Assembly: GCF_963853765.1 (NCBI RefSeq)
Contig: NC_088858.1
Location: 9,238,001-9,302,000 of the forward strand
DNA: 64,000 nucleotides
Direction: 5' to 3'
From: Magallana gigas
Taxonomy: Eukaryota
Made by a program: the position numbers and the translations under genes. The notes under the pieces were generated by a model. That model was given only the letters and a program-made list of their open reading frames with translations, did not search any database and had not been told where the DNA came from. Positions 13,742-24,800 of this stretch are shown here, one piece after another (the first letter of the stretch is position 1; each line of letters starts with the position of its first letter).

Positions 13742-14860
13742 TCAACACATCATATCTCTTACCAAATTTCTAAACCTTTGATCATTGAAAAAGTAGACAA
13801 AAGGATTCAGAATACCATTAATTGCAACAAAATGTGGAAGCATAGAATACAAGGTAAAAGTAGACCGATCTATGTTCAACTGCGGATCATAATAGTTTTG
13901 ATACGCAATGTATGTGTTAAATGCTAAATGAGGAATATAACTGACCATTAAGAGAACTGTTATAATACAGAACGTCAACGTGATTTTGACGTTGTCGTCT
14001 TCCTCCGATCGACCTGTACTCTGACTATCTTTTGAAGGTTTCTCTGTGGTGAATTTTTTTTCCTTAGTTACATCTTTTTTAGCAATAATTCGTCCTTCAT
14101 GCTGAATAGATTTATTAGGTACAGATTGGGTAGCCTCAGAATTTGTTGAAATTGGTTTTGAATTATCGTCTTTGTTATGTGATTCTGCGCAAGTTGCAGA
14201 CCAATTCTGATGTCTAGAATTTTGGCCATCAGTTAGTTTCCTTCTTGAAGACTGATGAGCCAGAACTCTCCTCCAAATCAAAATTTGAATGAATCCTATA
14301 ATCACACAAAGGATAACTGCTAATGCTAAGTACCAGAGACAGTAAATACATTGGACTACGGTTAGTCCATCCATCTTCGCATACCAGTTCCCCATCATAA
14401 ATGGGAATGGGATACCAGTCACCACAGAAATACTTAAACACCCCATGCAAACATGTTTAGAGGTAGAGACGGACATCTGTGGTTTCAGTGGATAACAGAT
14501 TCTTCGATATCTTTCCATAGCAATCACAAATACGACAAAGTATGACGAGGACCCAACAATAAAACCACAGAAATAGGTGATCTTACATTCTACTTCGCTG
14601 TCGTCATAAGTTGTGTAGGATAATGTAGCCACCTCTTTACAAAAATGAGCAACAGAGGTTAGGAGATCGAGCAAAGCCAACACAAATACAAATGTTTTAT
14701 ATGTTGAATCTTGTCGAATTTTACGAAAGATGTGCAGAACTATTGAATTTCCTACAATTCCCAAGATATATAGAAGCAATATGGTTATTCCAAACGGCAG
14801 ACGATTCAATCTTTCGTTGATGATTTGCGGATGATTTACTACTGTGTAATTGTGACCCAT
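13742..14860 (-). CDS. Intronless orphan rhodopsin-family (class A) GPCR, 372 aa
   Basis: Seven hydrophobic segments: TM1 GN (GIVGNSIV), TM2 LALLD, TM3 Cys plus ERY (AMERYRRICYPL), TM6 SYIP, TM7 NPFVY, helix 8 FRNLV. N-terminal sequon NYT; long hydrophilic ICL3. Confidence 0.93.
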   Translation of the reverse strand: MGHNYTVVNHPQIINERLNRLPFGITILLLYILGIVGNSIVLHIFRKIRQDSTYKTFVFVLALLDLLTSVAHFCKEVATLSYTTYDDSEVECKITYFCGFIVGSSSYFVVFVIAMERYRRICYPLKPQMSVSTSKHVCMGCLSISVVTGIPFPFMMGNWYAKMDGLTVVQCIYCLWYLALAVILCVIIGFIQILIWRRVLAHQSSRRKLTDGQNSRHQNWSATCAESHNKDDNSKPISTNSEATQSVPNKSIQHEGRIIAKKDVTKEKKFTTEKPSKDSQSTGRSEEDDNVKITLTFCIITVLLMVSYIPHLAFNTYIAYQNYYDPQLNIDRSTFTLYSMLPHFVAINGILNPFVYFFNDQRFRNLVRDMMC

Positions 14861-15444
14861 GTTATCCTACTCCGTGTTTAGTTTACGTTTCTTTTGCAAT
14901 CCGTGCTGTGAGACCTGATCATTTATAGATTTGATGCTGTCCCTCGTGACCATACGGTAACAATTGTATCGTAATAACCAAACAGCGGCAAAAGCAATAT
15001 TTATTATGAATCATATATATTGATATTACAATTTATTCTGATTGTTATAATATAGTGAGATAGTGGCTTATCTATTATTATAATTAATTAGTCGTCTCAT
15101 TACTGGATATTGAGATGAAAGAATATAGATGAAACTAGACTCTTGTTGCTATAGCAACATAAAGGTCTTCCGTTCCTCATGTATTAATCTGTACAAAAGA
15201 TCCATTTCTCTTGTAAACAGAAAATGGATAAAATATATACTGCAAAGGAATATTCAAGAAATAAACAAAACAAAAGACAAAATGTCAATTTTTGAGTACT
15301 TTCTGTAAAGACCAGAAGTTATGCCGGATCAAACAGAATATATTAAACATATCTTCATACATTCTTCTATCTTTCCTCAAAGTTTGGATTATCAAGTTTT
15401 TGTTAGTTATGAGATATTGTAGAGAAAGGTTTTGTCTCGGAAAG

Positions 15445-15609
15445 CATCTATAAAAGTGATTTTTTTTTCGCCCGGGGGTAGGTGGGTGGGTCTGAAGCAT
15501 TTTTCGGTAAATTAACTATAAAAATAAGTTGAATTTTCCGGGGGGGGGGGGGGGGGGTGTCAGGGTCTTTACACCTCCCCCCACCCTCACCCCCTCGATC
15601 AGCGCACGC
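15445..15609 (-). mobile_element. Short Helentron-associated-type repeat with G/C tracts
   Basis: The cgtgcgc/gatc end plus poly-G tracts resemble the repeats at ~20780-20850 and 34990-35990. Confidence 0.4.
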
Positions 15610-16946
15610 CAGGTTCAGAAAAATATACATCTCTGATTTACAAGCTGTACTGTAATGTTAGCTATACCAGAAACATAAATAAAAATGTTATTTATGTTTC
15701 TGGCTATACTGACCTATTAGTACAATCTCTTACCAGTGGATTGTTTCTTCATTATATCATTACATGTCGATAAATTGACATACTTATGCACTTGTTAGAA
15801 ATGGTACTTGACGAGAATCGTTTTAGGCCAGTACAGAATGAAATAGCTAATATTTCACTTTGGTAAATATTTACAAGGGTTTTAATATCCCTTTGTTCGC
15901 GATTAATCAATTTTCCGCAAAAACGAACACATTGTGATTACGCAATTTTAAATGAATTTATTCAGTTTCAAATAAAATGTCAGTGATATAATTTTGATTT
16001 CTCTCAGTGCGAAATTAAAACCATTGCAATGAGTATTTTCAGAAATCATGAAATTTTAACGACCTGGAATTACAACTTGTAGTGTAATCTGCATATAGCA
16101 TATATTGTGCTATCCAGATTACCGGTAACTTGTTATTGTATTTTGCCTGATAATCTTTAATGTTCTCAGCAGGTATATAAAGTTTAATTAATACCACAAT
16201 TAGCAACATGAAATCTTTTCCTTATTTGAGTATCCATTCCTAATTTAGTCTTTCATGCATGTACTTATTTTTGGTGTAAAATCCAAATTTGTTAGCAAAA
16301 CATAATTCAAAGTTGTAACACCTTTTATTTGATCACATCAACTGATCTCCAGTATGAAGAAAAATTAATGTAGAGATCAAGAACACTGTGTCAAATCCAA
16401 ACAGCTACAGTGTTAATTGTTTTATTGAATCTTCAATAAGCACATACTGACATTACAAATTTTATTCGTTTGATAATTGATGTCATTTTTTTTTCATCTT
16501 TTACTTTTGGGAAGGGGGGGGGGGGGCAAAATAGTGGGACAACGATTGTCACTCTGTTTGACACTCTTCAGACATCACATTGTCACACATGCAAAACTAA
16601 TATTTTTACAAAGTATGTATACCAGTAATTATAAATGAAAACCTATTTCTAGTAAAGCAGCATTTATGTTTTCTACTTTTTAATATAGTTAAGTTAATAA
16701 CAGAATTTTTCACTTAATCAGGAATGTATCTTTATTCACTGTTTGATATATTGGTGATACAACTGAATAGAAAAAAGAAATCTATTGCAATAAATTCTGA
16801 TGCAAGTATCTAAAAACTCAAATTATGATAGGTTTAATTTTCTGAATTTTTATTTGTTATGCACCCAGCATTGTGAATGTAACAATATATAACATACACA
16901 GCTCTTTTCATCATTTCAGATATTTTTCCATCTCTGAGACCAAGTC

Positions 16947-18923
16947 ATGATGGAAAATACCCTCCAAGAGGTTCTGAATAAATATAAAGAAGAAAATGTT
17001 ATCACTTCTAAACAACACAATTGTCTATACGCGTCTATTCTAGAACAGACAAGTGAAAGAGGAAGATTGGAGCAAGCTCTATACAGCATTCATGTTATAG
17101 ATCTACCTTCATTCTTTTCAAAAAATTTGGAAAGTTTGGAAAACATACCAGCTGTAGACAATATTGACAAATCAGTGACACAAAGAATTTTCCTTCATCA
17201 GTTTGTAAATCGTGTGGGTTTTTTGCACATATCACGCCGTGGTCATAACTTATATCTGCATGCCTTATTTCATGAAAATAATGACCTTAAACAGCAACTG
17301 GAGACAAGATATCAGGCAGATTTTACCCTATTTGAAAACCCCCTTCATCTGGCAGTAGAATGCTGTCTGCTTGAGATGGTGAAGTCTCTAGTCAACGACA
17401 AAGGAATAGATGTAAACTGTGTTGATAGTGAAGGAAACACACCTCTTCATTGGCTCATGAAACAACAACTTACCTTTGATGACCAGAGGACTAACCCAGA
17501 AAAAGTCAATGGAATTTTTGAATTTCTAAAGGGCAAGGGGGCAAAAGTGATGGCTAAAAACAGAAAGGGACACTCCCCTCTCCAGTACGCCGTTATATAC
17601 AAAACACCTGATGTTGATCAACTAATAAATATGTGTCAGGACTTCACTGATTTCAATACAGAGGCCCATATTGAAGTTTTAGAACTAACAGCAGCACTCT
17701 ATATGACCCAAGAACCTGAACAAGTTGACCTGTATGAAAAAGGAGTTGGAACATTAAAGTCTGCTTTTAGTTATAGGAAACAATATGATATTCCAAACAC
17801 TGGCAAAATGCCTCCTCGAGAGCTGTTTTTCAATGTTGTGGAACCAGACACAGACACGGAGCAGGACTGGGATGATTTATGCCAACCTGGATTCGATGGA
17901 ATAAAAGCAAGACTTATCCTTTCTCTCTTGATTTTCGAAAGAATATTGGGATGTGAACATTTATGTTTTCTACGAGGATGCTTAAAATATATCAAACTTT
18001 TACGAGAAGAACATGAGCAAGGAAAAGTGACAGACTACCAGTTTTTGAATGTTTTGCAATGTTATTGCAAATTTGTGAGAAAAGAAAAAGTTTTGAAAAA
18101 TGATCTCTGCAGTGTCGATAACCATGTGAATAAGCATTTTGATCTGAGTTACTTTTACACCCATAGGAAAAGATTTTCCACTGATTTTCTTTTAAGTGTA
18201 TTGTCATCTGTATTTGTTGGGGTTTTTCAGATGAAAATTGATCAAGGTCATTGGCCCGATGATGACAACCTTGCTGATTTAATGTATTTTTTGGATGCCA
18301 TTATGTCGAGAAATCTGTCAACTGACAATAGAGCTAGCCTGACTCAATCTGTGACAGAAATTGTCAAAGCTTGGAATTCAGCCCCTAGATCTACTTCAAA
18401 CGGATATGATTCTGAATCTGATGATGAGCCATCAAAATATTCAGGATTAGTCAATTGTATTGTATCTCTAATGCAAGATGATTTCCCTGAGAGGGCCTTT
18501 CTCGATGAAGATCGCGAGTTCGATCATGGTCCAGAAGTTCTGGAATTATTTCTGGATTGTGGGGCATTAATTAATGAAGTATCTGATGAGGGAAATATCC
18601 TTCACTGTTTCTTTTCAGATTATTTTTATAATGGCCCACTGTTGGGTTCTGACATAAACAGAGAGGCGCAAAGAAGAAGAATTGTTCAAATTGCGCTTGA
18701 AAGAGGGATACATGTAGACCAGGTTGGTGGATATCAAGGAAAGACTGTGCTGGAGATGGCAATAGGCACAAAATTTTATCGCACTTTGAAAAATCCTAAA
18801 TACAGAAGTCTGAAATGCCTTGCTACTTCTGTCATCATAAAGAACAACATTTCATTCAGACAGGATGTTCCTCCAGAACTGATTCAGTGGATAGACTTCC
18901 ACAGGGGAGTGGGAGAAATCTGA
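16947..18923 (+). CDS. FEM1-like ankyrin-repeat protein with C-terminal BC/VHL-box-like motif, 658 aa, single coding exon
   Basis: Ankyrin repeats (NPLHLAVECCLLEMVKSLVNDKGIDVNCVDSEGNTPLHWL, GHSPLQYA). FEM1-like central segments IEVLELTAALY and SLLIFERILG. C-terminal RSLKCLATSVI...VPPELIQWIDFH. A splice acceptor (tttcag) at 16919 implies a non-coding upstream exon. Confidence 0.85.
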   Translation: MMENTLQEVLNKYKEENVITSKQHNCLYASILEQTSERGRLEQALYSIHVIDLPSFFSKNLESLENIPAVDNIDKSVTQRIFLHQFVNRVGFLHISRRGHNLYLHALFHENNDLKQQLETRYQADFTLFENPLHLAVECCLLEMVKSLVNDKGIDVNCVDSEGNTPLHWLMKQQLTFDDQRTNPEKVNGIFEFLKGKGAKVMAKNRKGHSPLQYAVIYKTPDVDQLINMCQDFTDFNTEAHIEVLELTAALYMTQEPEQVDLYEKGVGTLKSAFSYRKQYDIPNTGKMPPRELFFNVVEPDTDTEQDWDDLCQPGFDGIKARLILSLLIFERILGCEHLCFLRGCLKYIKLLREEHEQGKVTDYQFLNVLQCYCKFVRKEKVLKNDLCSVDNHVNKHFDLSYFYTHRKRFSTDFLLSVLSSVFVGVFQMKIDQGHWPDDDNLADLMYFLDAIMSRNLSTDNRASLTQSVTEIVKAWNSAPRSTSNGYDSESDDEPSKYSGLVNCIVSLMQDDFPERAFLDEDREFDHGPEVLELFLDCGALINEVSDEGNILHCFFSDYFYNGPLLGSDINREAQRRRIVQIALERGIHVDQVGGYQGKTVLEMAIGTKFYRTLKNPKYRSLKCLATSVIIKNNISFRQDVPPELIQWIDFHRGVGEI

Positions 18924-19134
18924 TCTTTTGACACCTGAATGCCTCAAAAAATATATATGTTTAAGTTTGATATACCTCATTGAAATCAAACTCTTTGAAT
19001 CATGATATAAAAATATGGTTTCAATATTTGATGGACAATATAATAGGGTAGAAATTATGAAAGGATATTCATTAATTTTTTTAAGCTCTAAATAATTGGT
19101 TAGAAGTGTTTATACAAGAAATTGAAAATGTCAC

Positions 19135-19242
19135 AGGGGCCAAGCCCGTTTTAACATTAATTTCAATGTAACCATAATTAATTTCAATGTAACCATTAAT
19201 AAAGGTTACATTGAAATTAATGTTAAAACGGGCTTGGCCCCT
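19135..19242. repeat. Perfect 39-bp inverted repeat (foldback) with 30-bp spacer
   Basis: 19135-19173 is the exact reverse complement of 19204-19242. Confidence 0.95.
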
Positions 19243-19396
19243 ATGGAAATTGTCTTTGATACAGATTCTTGATACTTCTTTATTATCTAAAAACATATAT
19301 TCTGAACTTATTCTTATAAGTGCCATTAACATACTGGTCCTTGAAAACTTCAAATGCATTGAATCTCTCTATATTTCTACTCAGTATTAAATGATC

Positions 19397-19757
19397 TTTT
19401 TTTAGTTTCTTATGTCACCTGAGTCACTCAGGTGACCTATTGCAATTGGTCCTCATCCGTCGTCATCTGTTAACAATTTTACGTTTTTAAATTTATCATG
19501 ACAACTACAAGGCCAATTATTACCATTTTTGGTTTTAAGAATCTCTAGAATAAGAGAAATATAGATTGTAAAAATTTATTACCATACCATCCCTGGCCTC
19601 ATTGGAGCACAGGGGCATCTTATCCTCTCTGCTCTCCATGACACATATATATATATATATATTTTTATATATGTCATAGAGAGCAGAGCGGATAAGATGC
19701 AGGTCCATGTAAGGGTTATTGTACTCAGGTGACTGTCGAGGGCGGTGGGCCTCTTGT
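19397..19757 (+). mobile_element. Helentron-associated non-autonomous element (HINE-like)
   Basis: T-rich flanks, gtcacctgagt / actcaggtgac subterminal inverted repeats and 3' gggcctcttgtt. A reversed end of the same family is at ~6759-6802 and degenerate pieces occur near 20140 and 23490. Confidence 0.65.
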
Positions 19758-20884
19758 TTTTTTTAGCTACAATGGGTAAAAATAAGAACACGTATCTAGT
19801 ATCTTGCAAGAGGTCATAAATAAAGGTTGAAGGTTGTTATTTTAATAGTTTTATTCATTGTTTTTCCTCCTTCTTGAGTTTGAAGATTCAGCATTCCATA
19901 ATTATAATGCCAGGAAACCATTTTATGTTTTTTAGTCTTTTAGTTCCAGTATTTGAATGAATAATTGTCTAATAATTTCTTTTACAAATGTGTTTAAAAG
20001 GCAAAATTAAAATAAATTGTACACTTATATACACTCTTGATCTTGTGTATCATTCTGTTGCCATTGATCATGAATATAGATGAATGTTGGGTCAGGGTAG
20101 TACAGGAATTAATGAAAACTGAGATATGTTATTGTATATTATATCACTTGAGCCACTCAGATGACCCAATGTATTCCATCTTTTGCCTGTCATTGTGCAT
20201 TGTTTTGTCAAAATGTGCAAAGTGCATCTTTTTTAAATGTTAAAACATTTTGAGCTTCTTCTTACAAAATATGTTTACTTGTCCAATTTTGTTTTTGAAG
20301 TTTTAGAGCCATATTTCACATCATTATTTACACAGATCCACCACACACATACAGTTTTTGCATTATGACAAATCTGATAATGGGTAAGACAGTGCCCCTA
20401 GAATTAGTATACCCCCCCCCCCCCTTTCCTTAGTGTTTCACAAGTTGTGGAATAGCATTCATGCATATAACTGCCATTCTTGTAAACAATTCTTTCATCA
20501 TACATGATTTCCAGTTAAATAATGCACGGGATAGTTTTGTAAATTTGTTTTATCTTTCACTGATATACTCAGATTACCCATTGATCCTCTTCTTTATTGG
20601 TTTCCCACTGGTTGACTTAAATTCTGTTGGATACAATCTAGTCAGCTGTGGCAGTGCTTCTGGTTGACATAAAATCCTAGTACCACACTACAGTCTCGGT
20701 TTATGTTTATCAAGGTCAATGTGGTATGTCAAATACAGGAAAAATGGAAGATGGCTATATACTTGAAGTCATTACATGCACAGATCTATCAAGTGGGGGG
20801 TCAGGGTAGTCCAGACCCCCACTGTAAAAATTCAAATTTTTAAAAATTTACATTACATGTATAAATTACCAAAACTAAAGAATA

Positions 20885-21437
20885 ATAGGTTTGCTTGAAA
20901 ACTCTTTCAATATGTTTTAAATGATCGTTGTTTTACCACTGATTTACATCTTTGCACTTTCAGCACTAGGGGAAGTGACATAATAAGTTAAAAATAAGAG
21001 TATTACTTCTTTGTGATGCGTTATTATATCCCTTCTTTGATTTGACTTATAATATCAATACAAATAACGTGTAAAGAAATGAAATTCACTCAAAACTGAG
21101 AGATAGCGCAGTTGAATGCCTGATTGGACGGTTATGTATTTAATAGTGTACAATTTTTTGTATAACAGTATTGTAACAACGAGTAATTTTATAAGTTTTG
21201 CTTTTGTATGATAATCCCTACAGCACTGTACCAGTTCTTGGCTAAAATTTAACGTTTCCTCTTCGTATTTCCTTATTTCTTCATATATTTGGATAAAACT
21301 TGACACACTCTAAAAGGTGAACTCCTTATTTATATATTGGTTAGATTATGTCATCATTTAGAACCTGAAACATCTTGTTTTAGTGGTTTTTAGTACTCTC
21401 CCAATTTGCTGAGTTTTTACGATTTACTGGTACAGTG
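20885..21437. mobile_element. Rearranged partial copy of the element at 22574-23375
   Basis: 20885-21220 is a direct match to ~22690-23050; 21224-21436 matches ~23165-23369 in reverse complement. Confidence 0.75.
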
Positions 21438-21806
21438 ACACTATAGTTTAGAGTTGTTAATCATCGCTTCACAATCATGAAACTAATTTTATTAGACGAA
21501 CTATATTTCCCAAATGATTGTTTTCAGCAATGTTCAGTGTTTATTATTTTATAAGTTTATAAGTTCGCTTTCAGTACTTTCAGTTCTTTGATTTTGAGGA
21601 AAAAAAACTCCATTCGGCAAACCTCGGTAGATTAGCATAGTTTGCTTGATGTAATAACCGAGGTCTGCCGAAAGAGCAGATGCTACTTTCACTTCACCCA
21701 ACATAGAACAGGATCTGCAGCTCATCAACGCCCGTGTCTGAGACTGTATTTAATGTTCGTCGTCCAGTTGTCGACATTTGAATACGAAGCCCTCCCAGTC
21801 TCATTT

Positions 21807-24800
21807 ATGGCTAGTGTACTAATGAATCCACTTATTTCATTGAACTACAAAGGTTTGGAAGAAATTCCTCCGTCAATGATAAATTCTCCTTTGACAGCAA
21901 ACGTCCAGCATTTGCACATGAAAGGCAATCGCTTGACTGAATTGGTAATGTCATGTCTTTCAACTTTTTCATTAGGCCTACACATATTTTTTAAATATTT
22001 ATACTTTGGTTCATTATTCATGTAAACTTATGAAATATAAGTTCACAGTATAATCAATGACTTAATTATTATGTTCAAAGATTTGGAGTGATGAATCTGA
22101 TTTTATTGATGTCAAATTATTTATATTTGATATTAATACTAAAATAGTTAAAGGAGCAAAAGTGAAGGTTTTGCATGAAAGAGGATAGTTTATTAATTGG
22201 TATTTTGACTATAAAGCCTTCACTGATTTTTAGAACAGTCTCTCATAATTCCAATTCATATCTGGAAATGTTGCAGCGATTCAGTGAGGGTTTCAGTCAG
22301 AAACAGTCCAGATATCAATTTTAAAAGCAAGATTAATTAAATCTCTGCTGAGATTGGATCAGTTTTAATTGTGATAAAATGTGATGAAGACTGTATTGAA
22401 AACTCTTCAGACAATCTAATATTGTTTTACGTTTTTTTATTCACAGCCAGAGTCAATCCACCTGTTTGAAAACTTAAAAGTGTTGTAAGTACACTTACCT
22501 GTATATAAATTTACGTGCAATTTCTGCTGCTAAAGGAATTTATTTGAAATATTTATAGAATTTCTATCAATCATACTGGTACTGTACCAGTTATCGGCTA
22601 AGACCAGTTATCGGCTAAACTGAGAGTTCGGGTTTATAGCACGCGACAATCCAAGATTTTTTAATTCAGTCGTCTTTTTTGAATAAAGAAAAGTAAGTTT
22701 GCTTAAAAACTTTCTTGAATATGTTTTATACATGAGCTTAAATGATCATTGATTACCGCTGATTTTACATCTTTGCACTTTCAGCAGTGGGGGAAGTGAC
22801 GAAATAAGTTAAAAATAGAATATTACCTCTTTGTGATACGTTATTATATCCCTTCTTTGATTTGACATATAAAATCAATACATTTAACATGTATTAAACA
22901 AAAGGAATTCACGAATTTCCGAGAGATTCGTAGCGCATTTGAACGCCTGATTGCACAATTATGTATTGAATAGTATACGATTTGGTGTATTACCGTATGA
23001 TAATAAACGAATTATTTTATGAGTTTTGTTTATAATGTATCATGACCCCGAATACTTTAGTCTGACCTCACAAGGGGCATAATTCAAACTATATTTAGTA
23101 GAGTATAAAATCAACATGAACACGGATTCTTAATATGTTATTATCACGAAGCCGATAACTGGTACAGTAAATCGTAAAAACTCGGCAAATTCGGGGCTTG
23201 CTTAAAAGCACAAAACAAGATGTTTTGGGTTCTTAATAATGATATAAACTAACAGATTGATAAATAAGGAGTTAACTTTTTAAAGTATGTCAAGTTTTAT
23301 CCAAAAATATCAAGAAATAAGGAATTACGAAAAGAAAACGTTAAATTTTAGCCGATAACTGGTACAGTGCCAGTATGTATTTTTAGGCTCAAGTTAGAAT
23401 AAAAACACAATTTTTAAATGAAGTTACATCCTTTCACATATCATGAGAATTTTTTCCTGATAAACATGTTAAATTCCATTTTCATATCACTGAAGTGACC
23501 TATTTGGCTTCAGTTTTCATCCGTCATATTGTAGTTTCCATTTACAATGAAACATTATTAAATTCTTCTTGAAAAATAGAAGGCCCATTGTTACTATTTT
23601 TGTGCTCAATATAAAGACCATATATTTTAGTTAGGAACTTGATCTATAGATGAATACATTTATCCTTTAAAAATCTTCTGTTCTACCACTGAACTTTGAG
23701 TAAACAATTTTATAAGTATGTGTACAAGTTTATGATAATTAAGCAAGAATACCAAACTTAAGGCCCCAGGGTCAGGGGTTTTGGTGTAAGGATGAGCACT
23801 AGTGGTCATAAAGCAAATATGCATTGATTCTTTTTAGATGTGTTCTACTTCAATAGAATTAATATGAATATTGCATTATAAGATCTTCTTGATTTATAGG
23901 TACCTGCAGAGCAATAGAATCAAGCTTCTTCCTAATGGTAAATATGTATCCGTAATCTATTCATCTACAAACATACATGTAATTTATGCATTTGTGATAC
24001 AATATATAATATATATATCTGTTATTAGGGGTCTCTCTGTCTATCCATTAATCTCTCTGTCCAACATCACTTGTCCAGAGCATATTGTTGTTAGGCAAAT
24101 CTTGTACTTACATCACTTACAGAATGCCTTTGAATAAGAGTGTGCTAGGTACCTCACTACACCTACACTTATACTTTTTAAGACACTATGTCACAAGATG
24201 GCGATTTAATGTTTATATCATTCGATTGGGTTGTATATTGTCGTAGCTCAGTGGTTAAAGTATTGGGCTTCTGATCCGCAGATCATGAGTTCGAATCCGC
24301 TTGGAGCTTTTGTTCATGTTAACTGAATTAAATTTTTGAAAATGTAATTTTTCATCCAAAATTTTAAATACTTCTTATCCATTATGATATCTATCATAAG
24401 CAGGTAATTTTCTGCTGATTTGAGAAAATATTTCACGATGTAGTGAGCCACCATAAATGCATTATAGATCAATGTGTTAAATCCTTGTTTGGACCATATA
24501 TTCTCTCTTCTTGGTCCAATCTGGCCCATACTTTGCCCATAGAGTACCATTGGGTAATGGCACAACTTTTTTTAGCATTTCAGAAAGAGCTTGAAAAAAC
24601 ACCAAGAATGTATTAACATAACTGGATGTTAGAAGTTTATTCAAAATGGAGTCTTGATCTTCTCATCATTATAAGTAACAACTAGACAATCTTGTATTTC
24701 TCTTGTATGGTATATTTTAGGGTATATTATTGAATTTGATAAATGGTATCTCACATCTGAACAGATCATAAAATGTGTTGTATTTATATCTAGCTTAATA

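Noticed and set aside
14229-14450. Alternative-frame ORF inside the class A GPCR, possible hidden frameshift
   Set aside because: The main frame already gives all seven TMs; the alternative frame has no GPCR motif.
17771-18771. Antisense ORFs inside the FEM1-like CDS (likewise those within 31180-31957 and 40342-41230)
   Set aside because: Shadow ORFs of real coding sequence.
24241-24310. Functional tRNA-Arg(TCT) gene
   Set aside because: Acceptor and anticodon stems pair poorly and the sequence is embedded in a TIR element; treated as tRNA-derived.
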